A DNA stretch of 51,748 nucleotides from a virus (lineage: Duplodnaviria; Caudoviricetes): the IMG/VR virus record IMGVR_UViG_3300021420_000007, positions 1 to 51,748 of that record, one strand, 5' to 3'. The translations under genes and the position numbers were made by a program. Below the pieces are notes generated by a model. The model ran no database searches. It was not told the DNA's origin and was given only the letters and a program-made list of their open reading frames with translations. Below, in pieces: positions 28,415 through 37,608 of the stretch. Position 1 is the first letter of the stretch; the number at the start of each line of letters is the position of its first letter.

Positions 28415-29388
28415 TTATCGACAGCCGCGTTGACACTCGCAATCAATGGCGTATTGTTGATTAGTTGCGCCATTTCTTCAGGCTTAAGGCCAATACCCGC
28501 AAGTATGGTAGTGACTTGATCCGCCGTTAGTTTGCCGTCAGCCGTCGCTTTTTGAATTTTCTGCATGAGGCCGCGAAAATCAATCGCCGCAGGCACGACC
28601 GCAGCCAGGACAGCAGCGCCAGCCGTAGGGCTTAGAAGGGGCGGCGGAGGCGGCGCAATATTTGCAACCGTTGGGGCGGCCGCAGCCAGGACAGCAGCGC
28701 CAGCCGTAGGGCTTAGAAGGGGCGGCGGAGGCGGCGCAATATTTGCAACCGTTGGGGCGGCTAACGTGGCTAGGATGCCAGTAGCATGCGAAACCGTCGC
28801 AATCGCGGCAGGTTGCGCGACAGCGAACGCATTCGGTGCACTCGACATGTTTCCCGGTTTGTTTTGTGCCTCGCAAGCAGTCACAAGATTTGCGTCAACG
28901 CCGCGCTTGTTTTTCCATGAACCGTCAAGTTTTTTAGCGCGGTTCAATGCATGGATGCGCGAATCCCACGGAAAACCGCGTTTGTCCAATTCGGCAGACA
29001 CAGCCGGGCCGGGCGGCGCTGGCGTCGCAGGCGGCAGAGGGGATGTTGCCGTATGATGAAACGTCACGTCTACGGAAATCGGAGGCGGCGCGGCAGGCAA
29101 TCCAACTGCGGTTGTCAATGCCGTCACATTGCCAGCGTCGTCAATTTCAACCTCTACATCGTCGTCGCTGACAATATCGGCTATGGTTGATGGAGGCGCG
29201 GGTGGCAAGCTCGGCATAACGTTTGCGGTGAGTATTACAGGAGCATTCATTGGATCAACAGGTAACGGCGCTTCTATCAATGTTCCAAGCGCGGCGGCCG
29301 GCGGCGTCTCTGATAGACTTCGCAAAAATGTCGAGATTCGATAGAGTTGTTCAGGCGAATCGGTCGCCGTGTCGATCATAATTTGCAC
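28399..29388 (-). CDS. Pro/Ala-rich protein with LDKRGFPWDSRIH…DGSWKNKRGV domain
   Basis: GGAG SD before GTG at about 29388 (ORF-track start 29451 lies in the promoter); motif seen in replication-operon proteins of related phages. Confidence 0.75.
   Translation of the reverse strand: MQIMIDTATDSPEQLYRISTFLRSLSETPPAAALGTLIEAPLPVDPMNAPVILTANVMPSLPPAPPSTIADIVSDDDVEVEIDDAGNVTALTTAVGLPAAPPPISVDVTFHHTATSPLPPATPAPPGPAVSAELDKRGFPWDSRIHALNRAKKLDGSWKNKRGVDANLVTACEAQNKPGNMSSAPNAFAVAQPAAIATVSHATGILATLAAPTVANIAPPPPPLLSPTAGAAVLAAAAPTVANIAPPPPPLLSPTAGAAVLAAVVPAAIDFRGLMQKIQKATADGKLTADQVTTILAGIGLKPEEMAQLINNTPLIASVNAAVDKCLAS
28600..28761. repeat. Exact 81-bp tandem duplication (27 aa)
   Basis: 28600-28680 equals 28681-28761; encodes AAPTVANIAPPPPPLLSPTAGAAVLA twice. 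Confidence 0.92.
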
Positions 29389-29422
29389 TGTATTGACTCC
29401 GTTTGGTATTGACGTAGGGCGG

Positions 29423-29451
29423 ACTTTAAGGCAACCTGACGCGTCTGTCAA
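29423..29451 (-). promoter_or_regulatory. Promoter TTGACA-17-TAAAGT with overlapping TGAC-N6-GTCA operator (29437-29450)
   Basis: Direct reading; sits in the divergent gap between the replication operons. Confidence 0.7.
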
Positions 29452-29463
29452 CTGTGAGACGAA

Positions 29464-31194
29464 ATGCTAAGGGATTTCCAGCAAGAGCTAAAGACGCGTG
29501 CATATGACGCATGGGCGCGCGGTGCTCGTAATGTCATGGTCGTTGCCCCAACAGGCGGCGGCAAAACCGTCCTATTCTGCAATATCGTCGCCGAGCTTGA
29601 TTTGGCTACAGTCCTTATAAGCCACCGACAAGAACTCGTCGGGCAAGCCGCACTAGCCTTAAACCGCGAACAAGTGCCGCACGGTATCATTGCTCCGCAA
29701 GCAATTCAACGCCAAATCATCACGCTTGAACAAGAAATGCATGGCCGTAGCTTCTACAGTCCTCGGGCGCCGGTCCGTGTGGCAGGCGTAGATACGCTCA
29801 TCGGCCATGATAAGGCTGATCCCTGGCTGCGCCAAGTCGGGCTCGTCGTGCAGGATGAAGGCCATCACGTATGCCAAGAAAATAAATGGATGCGTGCCCA
29901 AGCGATGTTTCCCGCTTCGCGCGGTTTACTTGTCACGGCGCATGCATTGCGTGCAGACGGTCGGGGTCTAGGCCGGCCGCCAACGGGGGATGGTCTTGTT
30001 GATGAACTTGTGATAGGTCCCTCAGCACGACAGATCATAGACCGCGGCTTTTTGTGCGATTATCGACTGATTGCGCCGCCGTCTGACATCCATGTCGAAG
30101 ATATCGACGTGGGCGATTCAGGAGAATACAACCAAAAACAAGTACGTGCCCGTGTCCATGCATCTAAAACCATCGTCGGCGACGTAGTGGCGCACTATCT
30201 TAAGTTCGCGGGCGGCAAGCTCGGTATAACGTTTGCAGTCGATATCGAGGCGGCGGCCGAAATCGCGACTAAATATCGCAGTGCCGGCATATCCGCTGAA
30301 ATCATCACAGCAAAGACCCCGCTATATGTTCGCGGCCAACTCATGCGCCAGTTCCGAATGCGAAAAATCCTTCAACTCGTGTCGGTCGATGTACTTGGCG
30401 AAGGGGTGGACGTGCCCGCCGTCGAAGTTGTGAGCATGGCGCGGCCTACGGCGTCGTTCCAACTTTACTCGCAACAGTTCGGCCGCGCGCTGCGTCTCAT
30501 GTTGACCGACGAACAGAACGCCACGTGGAACGACCGTACCGACGCGCAACGACTCGCGGAAATCGCCGCGAGTGTTAAACCCAAAGCGCTCATAATCGAC
30601 CACGTTGGGAATTACGACATTACGCGCGGCGGCCACGGATTGCCTGACGTGGAACGTTCCTACACTCTTGCACGAGCCGAACGTCGTAGCCGCAAGAAAA
30701 AAACTGACGAAATTCCTTTGCGCTATTGCATCAATCTCGAATGCCTCGAACCGTACGAAGTCACGCTGTCTGTATGCCCTAAGTGCGGAACACCGCGGCC
30801 GGCGCCGCAACGCCGCGGTACGGCCGAAGAAGTCGACGGTAATTGCTTTGAACTTGATCCCGAAATACTGCATACCATGCGTGTCGAACAAGCCAAAATT
30901 GACGGACCGGCGCGCGTACCGCCAGGCGCTGCCGACAATATTAAGGGTGCTATTCGTCGCACTCATCATGAACGCCAGGAAGCACAACGCAAATTGCGCG
31001 CCATCATGAGTTTGTGGGCCGGTTGGCAGTATCATAAACTCGGGCATGATCCGGCTGAAGTCCAACGTAAGTTTTTCTTTAAATTCGGCTGTGATGCGAT
31101 GAGCGCGCAGATACTTGGGGCATCCGAAGCCAATGCGCTACGTGAGCGCGTGGCGGCTAGCTTGGCGGCGGCGAATATCGTGGCAGCAACATGA
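29464..31194 (+). CDS. SF2 DEAD/DEAH-like helicase with C-terminal Zn ribbon
   Basis: APTGGGKT, QDEGHH, VTAH, EGVDVP and QQFGRALR motifs; C..C/CPKC. Confidence 0.92.
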   Translation: MLRDFQQELKTRAYDAWARGARNVMVVAPTGGGKTVLFCNIVAELDLATVLISHRQELVGQAALALNREQVPHGIIAPQAIQRQIITLEQEMHGRSFYSPRAPVRVAGVDTLIGHDKADPWLRQVGLVVQDEGHHVCQENKWMRAQAMFPASRGLLVTAHALRADGRGLGRPPTGDGLVDELVIGPSARQIIDRGFLCDYRLIAPPSDIHVEDIDVGDSGEYNQKQVRARVHASKTIVGDVVAHYLKFAGGKLGITFAVDIEAAAEIATKYRSAGISAEIITAKTPLYVRGQLMRQFRMRKILQLVSVDVLGEGVDVPAVEVVSMARPTASFQLYSQQFGRALRLMLTDEQNATWNDRTDAQRLAEIAASVKPKALIIDHVGNYDITRGGHGLPDVERSYTLARAERRSRKKKTDEIPLRYCINLECLEPYEVTLSVCPKCGTPRPAPQRRGTAEEVDGNCFELDPEILHTMRVEQAKIDGPARVPPGAADNIKGAIRRTHHERQEAQRKLRAIMSLWAGWQYHKLGHDPAEVQRKFFFKFGCDAMSAQILGASEANALRERVAASLAAANIVAAT

Positions 31195-31514
31195 GTTCAC
31201 CGAAAATATATCGAGACATGGAAGCACGCCTAATCGCTAATTCGGTGCTCGACCCCGTGACCGAATGTTGGATATGGATCGCAGCGCGAGACAAGCGCGC
31301 ATCTACGCCATACGGTAAAATTACGATATGGTGTAAGAAACTTTGTCGAAAATTGAAGCGGCAAGCGCATATTGTCAGTTACGAAACGTTCATCGGGCCA
31401 ATTCCTGAAGGCTACGAAATAGACCATACATGTCGTAATACTTTCTGCATCAACCCCGGGCATCTTGAAGCTGTGCCCCAAACTGTCAATTTAGCTCGGA
31501 GAAAGAGAGCATGA
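31191..31514 (+). CDS. HNH endonuclease
   Basis: CWIW..YG..AHIVSY..IDHTCRNTFCINPGHL motif. Confidence 0.88.
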   Translation: MSSPKIYRDMEARLIANSVLDPVTECWIWIAARDKRASTPYGKITIWCKKLCRKLKRQAHIVSYETFIGPIPEGYEIDHTCRNTFCINPGHLEAVPQTVNLARRKRA

Positions 31515-31783
31515 AGCAATTTAAAATTTTTGCGTTTTGGTTCGCTGCTGAATTTATACTGTATGCACTCGTTGTTGCCAATGGCCGCGCTTATAACCAA
31601 GCAAACTATGCGGCCACATTGATTTATGACATGATGATATCGGCGTTTAATTTTTGGTTCGCCGTCAAATTCATCGAAGGTAAAGACAATCGCTCATGGC
31701 CGGCACTCGTCGGTTGTGTATTCGGTGGCGGTACGGGGTCGCTATGTTCTATCGCATTGACCAAATGGGCGTACGGACAATGA
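31511..31783 (+). CDS. Small multi-TM membrane protein
   Basis: Three hydrophobic segments; ATGA coupling on both sides. Confidence 0.7.
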   Translation: MKQFKIFAFWFAAEFILYALVVANGRAYNQANYAATLIYDMMISAFNFWFAVKFIEGKDNRSWPALVGCVFGGGTGSLCSIALTKWAYGQ

Positions 31784-32172
31784 CCGCGAGTGAAAGCAAC
31801 GTACAATCACGAGTCAGACTGCGGGCGGCCGATTTCTTCATGCGCCTATGGCGCAACAATCGCGGCGCATTCCAAGATATTACGGGACGACTCGTACGGT
31901 ATGGCCTTGCCAACGATAGCAAGGAACTCGGTAAGCGGCTCAGGACACATGACTTAATTGGCTGGCGTCGTGTTACGATCACCCCCGAGATGGTGGGCAA
32001 GGTTATAGCACAATTCGCTAGCATCGAGTGTAAACCTGAAGGATGGGCGCCGCCCAGACCCGGACCGACTGAGGCTTACGAGCATTACAAAGGCCAGTTA
32101 AATTGGCGTGATTTAGTCAACCGGGAGGGCGGTTATTCAATGTTTGTTACTGATCCCTCGCAATTAACTTGA
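31780..32172 (+). CDS. VRR-NUC-like nuclease/resolvase
   Basis: ESNVQ..LWRNNRG..DLIGW..IECK..Q motif; start at ATG 31780. Confidence 0.8.
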   Translation: MTASESNVQSRVRLRAADFFMRLWRNNRGAFQDITGRLVRYGLANDSKELGKRLRTHDLIGWRRVTITPEMVGKVIAQFASIECKPEGWAPPRPGPTEAYEHYKGQLNWRDLVNREGGYSMFVTDPSQLT

Positions 32173-32213
32173 CACTCGTGGCATACTACGATGCCACATA
32201 GGAGTATTTTACC

Positions 32214-32504
32214 TTGGATAAGCAAACGATTTTAAACGCGGCCGTCAACCTGGCCGAAACCCGTGGATACCTTGGCGTATTCAAACGCAATGTTGCGCTC
32301 ATGCTCGGCTGCGGTATGGGTACCGTGAACTATCATTGGGGCACGATGGATGCATTGCGCATTGCCATCGTTCACGAAGCCATACGGACCGGCAACCGAG
32401 CAATTGTGTTGCAGGCCGCAGCGCGTCGTGACCCGGTGTTGCATCACAAGCGATTGAGTCCAAATCTCCGGGTGAAACTGACGGCGCTAAACGTTACGTT
32501 GTGA
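32214..32504 (+). CDS. TetR-like HTH transcriptional regulator
   Basis: ILNAAVNLA..G……VA..LG…GTVNYHWGTMDAL pattern; AGGAG SD. Confidence 0.75.
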   Translation: MDKQTILNAAVNLAETRGYLGVFKRNVALMLGCGMGTVNYHWGTMDALRIAIVHEAIRTGNRAIVLQAAARRDPVLHHKRLSPNLRVKLTALNVTL

Positions 32505-32974
32505 ACCCGCTGTATGAGGCGCTGGCCTCACGGCGGATGTTCGTATTGTACAAGCTCGTACCGCTAGCTAGTGGCGGAACGGACAAAGTGCCTATAAACC
32601 CCGCTACCGGCGAAAACTCTAACGCACAAGATTCCGCGACGTGGATGTTATCCGCCGTTGCTGTGGGATATGCGGCGCTCTACGGCACAGGCTATGGTGT
32701 AGGTATCGTCATACACGAAGGTAGCCAATTGTTCTGCGTGGACATTGATGGTGCCGTGGCGGTCGACGGGACGCTGTCCGACATAGCGCGCAAACTCGTT
32801 GCTGAATTTGCCGGCTGTTATATCGAATGCAGTCAATCAGGCAAAGGGCTGCATATCATCGGCTCATATACGGGCGACCCACCAACACACGGAACCAAAA
32901 ACAAAGAACATCACATTGAACTTTATACATCAAAGCGTTTCATTGCACTGACCGGGAATCTCTACCGTGCATGA
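32501..32974 (+). CDS. Prim-pol (AEP, NrS-1-like) catalytic domain
   Basis: KVP, CVDID, ECSQSGKGLHI and IELY..RFIALTG motifs. Confidence 0.85.
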   Translation: MNPLYEALASRRMFVLYKLVPLASGGTDKVPINPATGENSNAQDSATWMLSAVAVGYAALYGTGYGVGIVIHEGSQLFCVDIDGAVAVDGTLSDIARKLVAEFAGCYIECSQSGKGLHIIGSYTGDPPTHGTKNKEHHIELYTSKRFIALTGNLYRA

Positions 32975-34790
32975 TGTGCTAAAGGATGTAACCGCGCAAT
33001 TGTGGGCGACTGCGTTTTCATATTTTCGTAAGGCAGCGACTGACACGCCTGTCGAATGGACAACAATCGATGATCCGGCTTGCACTATCACGGGGTCTGA
33101 CGATGAGCGCATTGCGTATGGCCTGAAAATGAAATCGATGGCTGCCAAGCTCGGCAGCGGCAAAGCTACTTTCGCAGACTTGTGGAATTGCAACATTGAA
33201 ATATTGGCTCGCACATGGCCAGGGAATGATGGTAATGTCTACGATGCATCTAGCGCGGATCAAGCCCTTGCTAACGGGTTGGCTTATCTGTTTGCCAACA
33301 ATGGCGACACTGTTTTGCGTGTCATGCTTGAGCACCCCGGTTGCCAGTTACGTCGAGAAAAATGGAATCGGCCCGATTATCTCCGCGGCCGCACCATACC
33401 CAAAGCCTTGGCGCTCGTCAAACGATGGCCGGCGAAACGTTCCCGCTCAAGTCTCACGGCAGTTCCCGCGGTCGCCCCACATCCCCCCACGACAGTCGAA
33501 ACACGGCCACAATTCACACAAACACAGCCGAACATTCCGACCGCGGAAATTGTATCGCTAGTACCGCTAGCGCCAATGGCCATGCCTGTACCGGCGTTGC
33601 CGTCAATGATGACGAATGCCAAAGACAAGTACGATGCATGTCTAGATTACGTTGAACGCACATTGGAATCTGATGGTCTTTTGTCGTTCGACACATTCCG
33701 CGGGACTGTGATGATTCAACGCGGCATTGTGCGTCAGCCAATGACTGATACCGATATGATAAATATGCGATTGCAATTCGAGCGAGAAAAAAACTTTGCT
33801 TCAATCAGCAAGGAACTCATGCGCGATGCGTGTCAGTTAGTCGCCGAACGACGCCAGTTTGATAGCGGTATCGAATGGCTAGATGCCCAAATATGGGATG
33901 GAACGCCGCGAGTCGACACATTTATGGCCACGCATTTCGGCGCTACAGATGACGAATATACGCGGGCCGTCGGCCGTTACATGTGGACGGGTCTAGCCGG
34001 CCGTATGTACGAGCCAGGCTGCCAACTCGATATGGTCGTGGCTTTACAATCCAAACAAGGGACGGGAAAATCAACTGGTCTTAAGGCATTGGCGCCTGAT
34101 CCTGAATATTTCACGGATGGTCTGTCGTTACACGAGGACAACGACAATTTTAAACGTCTGATGCGCGGCAAAGTCATCGTTGAGATTGCCGAACTTGCAG
34201 GCCTGAGCAAAGGCGACATAAATGTCGTCAAGCGGGCAATCACTCGCACTACTGAGAAATGGATCGAGAAATACCAAACAAAAGAAACCTCTTACCCTAG
34301 GCGCTGCATGCTATTCGCGTCGACCAATGAACAAGAATTTTTGCCGCCCGATGAGACAGGACAGCGTCGTTGGCTCCCAGTCGTCATAACTGAAATTAAT
34401 CGACCCCTCGTAGTCGCTGATCGAGCGCAATTATGGGCCGAAGGCGCGGCGATTTGGAAGGCAGCGGGCATTGCCTACGCCGAAGCTGAACGCCTGGCCG
34501 CGGGCCGTCACAAAGTGCATGAAGTGACCGATTTGTGGATCACGAGAATAGGCGAATGGCTGACAGTGGCGCCGGCTAGCGGCGAACCGCCATATTTGCG
34601 TGCTTTAGCGATTTCTGAAGTCCTAGAAGGGGCGTTACGCATGCAACCCTCGCACATGGATGCCAAAGCGGGACAACGCGCTGGGCGTGTCCTGCGTCAG
34701 CTAGGATACATATCCAAGAACGTCAAAATTAACGGTCGTATGGTCAAACGTTGGACACTCGATGTACCGCCGCCTCCGCCGAGGGTCTAG
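32967..34790 (+). CDS. Primase helical domain plus VirE/VapE-type SF3 helicase
   Basis: SSADQALANGLAY..REKW helical bundle; QGTGKST, EIAEL, ASTN and TGQRRW motifs. Confidence 0.88.
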   Translation: MHDVLKDVTAQLWATAFSYFRKAATDTPVEWTTIDDPACTITGSDDERIAYGLKMKSMAAKLGSGKATFADLWNCNIEILARTWPGNDGNVYDASSADQALANGLAYLFANNGDTVLRVMLEHPGCQLRREKWNRPDYLRGRTIPKALALVKRWPAKRSRSSLTAVPAVAPHPPTTVETRPQFTQTQPNIPTAEIVSLVPLAPMAMPVPALPSMMTNAKDKYDACLDYVERTLESDGLLSFDTFRGTVMIQRGIVRQPMTDTDMINMRLQFEREKNFASISKELMRDACQLVAERRQFDSGIEWLDAQIWDGTPRVDTFMATHFGATDDEYTRAVGRYMWTGLAGRMYEPGCQLDMVVALQSKQGTGKSTGLKALAPDPEYFTDGLSLHEDNDNFKRLMRGKVIVEIAELAGLSKGDINVVKRAITRTTEKWIEKYQTKETSYPRRCMLFASTNEQEFLPPDETGQRRWLPVVITEINRPLVVADRAQLWAEGAAIWKAAGIAYAEAERLAAGRHKVHEVTDLWITRIGEWLTVAPASGEPPYLRALAISEVLEGALRMQPSHMDAKAGQRAGRVLRQLGYISKNVKINGRMVKRWTLDVPPPPPRV

Positions 34791-35023
34791 ACCCCGGCGC
34801 GGTCATCGGGCACAATTTCGCGGCCGAGTGTCACAATGAAATCGCGTAGCAAAAAAGCAGCGTGTCCGTTCTGCATGTTGAGATAAGCAGCTAGATCTTT
34901 AGGCAGCCGGCCACGGGGGAAGAACCATAGCCGGTCGCCAGCAAGATCCACGAGGGCAACGACGCCGCTTTCACGGACTAGGTCATTGACTTGGCGGCCG
35001 GTCGTTTGGGTAGTCATGTTCAA
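34787..35023 (-). CDS. Hypothetical protein
   Basis: GAGG SD; last gene of the leftward cluster. Confidence 0.55.
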   Translation of the reverse strand: MNMTTQTTGRQVNDLVRESGVVALVDLAGDRLWFFPRGRLPKDLAAYLNMQNGHAAFLLRDFIVTLGREIVPDDRAGV

Positions 35024-35167
35024 GCTGTCTAGTTCCTCGTCTCAGCGTGGCACAGACGGCAGCGATTAAGCAAATGTAGGCGAGTGCAGAGAGAACTATT
35101 ATTGTCAACAAGACGTATACCCCTATTGTGATGCACGTCTCAATTATCGGCTGGACTGACATTCGTG

Positions 35168-35401
35168 TCAAGTTACGAATCCATTGCGCCGATTGTAAGC
35201 GCGCACGGCGCGACGCTTTGAATACTCGGCGTCGCATAAAGTGCAATGACATGCGCTGAGTATACCCATTGCGGAACGTTTGGCGTATTTAGGCGCGTGC
35301 TGTCGTGCAGCACCATTCCAGGATCGCAATGTACCGCAATAAGGATACACGAGCCGTTTGCATGCATCACAGATAGCGGCAAGTCGATTGGTTTGGCTCA
35401 T
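35168..35401 (-). CDS. Cys-rich hypothetical protein
   Basis: ATGA-coupled start at 35401; CDAC/CHCTLC. Confidence 0.45.
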   Translation of the reverse strand: MSQTNRLAAICDACKRLVYPYCGTLRSWNGAARQHAPKYAKRSAMGILSACHCTLCDAEYSKRRAVRAYNRRNGFVT

Positions 35402-35592
35402 TTTAAATTCATCGTATGTTCGACATGTGAGCCCCAACCGGCGCGGAACCAATGCCAGGCATCCCATGTTGCCTCGCGTCCATACATTCGGCCGCGCATC
35501 CGTTCACGAAAAGCAGCGCGCATAGCTGGACGTGCCTCCCGCCAGGTTAATTGGAAGCGCAGTATCTGCGCGATAGGTGTTGAAAGTCTCAC
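35398..35592 (-). CDS. Hypothetical protein (Trp/Arg-rich)
   Basis: GTGA-coupled to the upstream ORF. Confidence 0.45.
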   Translation of the reverse strand: MRLSTPIAQILRFQLTWREARPAMRAAFRERMRGRMYGREATWDAWHWFRAGWGSHVEHTMNLK

Positions 35593-35873
35593 CCAAGCAC
35601 CCGGCGCATAGCCGCGTACCAAGCATATTGTATATTCGCTGCGCGGCGAATTGCTACGCGCTCAGGGTCGCCGATAGCTATACCTTGCGCATGCATCGTG
35701 GCCACATAATCATTGACAATGGCGTCAAGCACATCGTCAGGCTTAGGTAAATGCAAGTCGTCGTATCGCTCAGGCTCAAACTCTTTCGGGATTGCTCGGC
35801 CGTCAGATAATTTGAAATATCCTTCAAATTCTGCCAGTACGGTAGCTTTTCCGACTATGTCGCCTATCTTCAT
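35589..35873 (-). CDS. Hypothetical protein
   Basis: ATGA-coupled ORF. Confidence 0.6.
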   Translation of the reverse strand: MKIGDIVGKATVLAEFEGYFKLSDGRAIPKEFEPERYDDLHLPKPDDVLDAIVNDYVATMHAQGIAIGDPERVAIRRAANIQYAWYAAMRRVLG

Positions 35874-36067
35874 GATTGCGCACCCCGGGCCGCTTTGCGC
35901 GCTCGTTTGGTTTGAGCCGCTGCGATCCGCTCAGCTTCTTTAGGACTGCCGCGTTGCGCTCTGTCGGTGTGCAACCGATTGCCGCTGACAGCCGACGATG
36001 GGTTGCGAAACGCGCCCGAGGTAAATCCCATGAGCAGTGCGGCCGCCACATTGTGATTGATTTTCAT
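35870..36067 (-). CDS. Basic hypothetical protein
   Basis: ATGA-coupled; ends ERIAAAQTKRARKAAR. Confidence 0.55.
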   Translation of the reverse strand: MKINHNVAAALLMGFTSGAFRNPSSAVSGNRLHTDRAQRGSPKEAERIAAAQTKRARKAARGAQS

Positions 36068-36288
36068 GCGTCCACTGTATTGCTGCGCGAAGAATGTTCC
36101 CACGTGCTCAATGCTGATGCGAGCATGCCGCACAATGCCGCGGCGCGTAGTTCATTGGCGGCTGATGCCAAACGCTGATCGCTGCCGCGTTGCCATACTT
36201 CCCATATGACAGAATTGTCAGACAGAACGTTTTTCTTGATTGAGAACACAGGATTGTACGAGATATTACTGGGCATCTGTGCTGACAT
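36064..36288 (-). CDS. Hypothetical protein
   Basis: AGGAG SD before ATG at 36288. Confidence 0.55.
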   Translation of the reverse strand: MSAQMPSNISYNPVFSIKKNVLSDNSVIWEVWQRGSDQRLASAANELRAAALCGMLASALSTWEHSSRSNTVDA

Positions 36289-36296
36289 AAATGCTC

Positions 36297-36407
36297 CTAT
36301 AACCAAATGAAGAGAAGAATAACGAGGACGCCGCCGAGTGCCCATGTCTGCGAGCGCATGATGGATTCGCGCTGATGACGGTTGCCAAGGGTGCTTGCGG
36401 TAATCAT
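36297..36407 (-). CDS. 36-aa peptide with C-terminal TM
   Basis: MITAST…WALGGVLVILLFIWL; ATGA-coupled; not in the ORF track. Confidence 0.4.
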   Translation of the reverse strand: MITASTLGNRHQRESIMRSQTWALGGVLVILLFIWL

Positions 36408-36511
36408 GTGAACCTCTGTGTCTCACGGAGCCGTGCCCGAGCAGCGGCGAAGTGCTTAGCATACCGGTAGGGCTGGATGTTTGAAAGCAACCAACGAATG
36501 ACGGTTTTCAT
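36404..36511 (-). CDS. 35-aa probable leaderless ORF
   Basis: TTGACA-17-CAGAAT-7nt-ATG; MKTVIRWLL…. Confidence 0.5.
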   Translation of the reverse strand: MKTVIRWLLSNIQPYRYAKHFAAARARLRETQRFT

Positions 36512-36543
36512 GAGACGCATTCTGGCGCCAACTGACAGATGTG

Positions 36544-36726
36544 TCAAGGTCGTTTTTGTGACTCAGTCGGCAGTTTCGGCATGTGAAATGTCAATATGTT
36601 AAGGTGAAACGTCTCAAGCCGGCGCTGATGGCCGAACTCGATACAGCCTTGTAATCCTGCACGTGCTACGAGGCAGCCGACACGGCCATCAGGCACTTGT
36701 ACTAATTGAGGATTAACCGTTACCAC
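36544..36726 (-). CDS. Hypothetical protein
   Basis: ORF within the leftward cluster. Confidence 0.45.
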   Translation of the reverse strand: MVTVNPQLVQVPDGRVGCLVARAGLQGCIEFGHQRRLETFHLNILTFHMPKLPTESQKRP

Positions 36727-36904
36727 GCTGGCCGGCCGCCGTCGAGCAATTGAAACGCTTGTATGCGATGAACTTCAGTGCCTCAAACGCATCCGCAAAC
36801 GTGGCTACCCACACTTGTCCATCAGCGCCGCCCGTCACGACTTCCTCACCCTCGCATACGTGCGTCGCTATCAATGTCATAGGCGATACGCGCTCTACAG
36901 TCAT
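36713..36904 (-). CDS. Hypothetical protein
   Basis: ATGA-coupled start at 36904. Confidence 0.5.
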   Translation of the reverse strand: MTVERVSPMTLIATHVCEGEEVVTGGADGQVWVATFADAFEALKFIAYKRFNCSTAAGQRGNG

Positions 36905-36993
36905 TGCGCGAGCATCGATGCTACGCACATGAGGAACACACCGAGGCCGAGAAACAACCCCAGCGCTAGCATCGTCAAGAGTAGATATTTCAT
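36901..36993 (-). CDS. 30-aa hydrophobic peptide
   Basis: MKYLLLTMLALGLFLGLGVFLMCVASMLAQ; GAGG SD; coupled on both sides. Confidence 0.45.
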   Translation of the reverse strand: MKYLLLTMLALGLFLGLGVFLMCVASMLAQ

Positions 36994-37196
36994 GTCTGAT
37001 ACCTCTTACCCCAACAGTAGATGAACACCGTGTTTCCGTCCGGTGTTGTCACGAATTCTTTGTATTGGTGCGGACAGTCCGCGGCCGGCGATTGGCCTTG
37101 ACCATGATTGCCAGTCGGCGAACGGGTAGGCAGTGAGTGCAGAGGCACGCTTGCACAGCCGGTCAAAGCGAAGGCGATAATGGCGCACCATTTCAT
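36990..37196 (-). CDS. Small lipoprotein
   Basis: MKWCAIIAFALTG-C lipobox; AGGA SD; start at 37196. Confidence 0.65.
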   Translation of the reverse strand: MKWCAIIAFALTGCASVPLHSLPTRSPTGNHGQGQSPAADCPHQYKEFVTTPDGNTVFIYCWGKRYQT

Positions 37197-37378
37197 GTGA
37201 GTTCCTTGATCAATATCTCGTCGGGGTCTGTACGTTCCTCGCGCGGCACACTCAGCACTTTGTTTGTGTTGTTGCGCACAGCGAACATAAGCCGACACAT
37301 CTTGCAATCAGTGCTTGGACTGATCTTTGCTTGGTAGTTCGGATGCTTCGGACATTGAATCGTGATAGTGAAACTCAT
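37193..37378 (-). CDS. Small Zn-binding hypothetical protein
   Basis: CPKH…CKMC; coupled ORF. Confidence 0.55.
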   Translation of the reverse strand: MSFTITIQCPKHPNYQAKISPSTDCKMCRLMFAVRNNTNKVLSVPREERTDPDEILIKELT

Positions 37379-37608
37379 ACTATCCCCAACGAATTGAGCG
37401 GATAAGTAACTGCGGATAGCGGGCCGATTGTGACTGTGACAATATCTGACACGCGTATCATACGCTCAGGCTGCCGGCCGCCACGTCTCGCATACTGACG
37501 CTTGTATCGACGGCGGCAAATCTCTTTACGCTCGGCCCGCGCAATATCGCGTGCATCATTGAGGGCTGATAGATCAGCCGGTGTTAAGTTGACATTCGTA
37601 TCAGTCAT
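37375..37608 (-). CDS. Basic hypothetical protein
   Basis: ATGA-coupled start at 37608. Confidence 0.5.
   Translation of the reverse strand: MTDTNVNLTPADLSALNDARDIARAERKEICRRRYKRQYARRGGRQPERMIRVSDIVTVTIGPLSAVTYPLNSLGIV

Noticed and set aside
30322-31065. Long antisense ORFs (e.g. 247 aa opposite the helicase, 200 aa opposite the capsid gene)
   Set aside because: Shadow ORFs from GC-rich codon bias; no motifs or start signals.
32214-32504. Lysogeny module
   Set aside because: No integrase, partition genes or CI/Cro pair recognised; the TetR-like gene alone does not show a temperate lifestyle.
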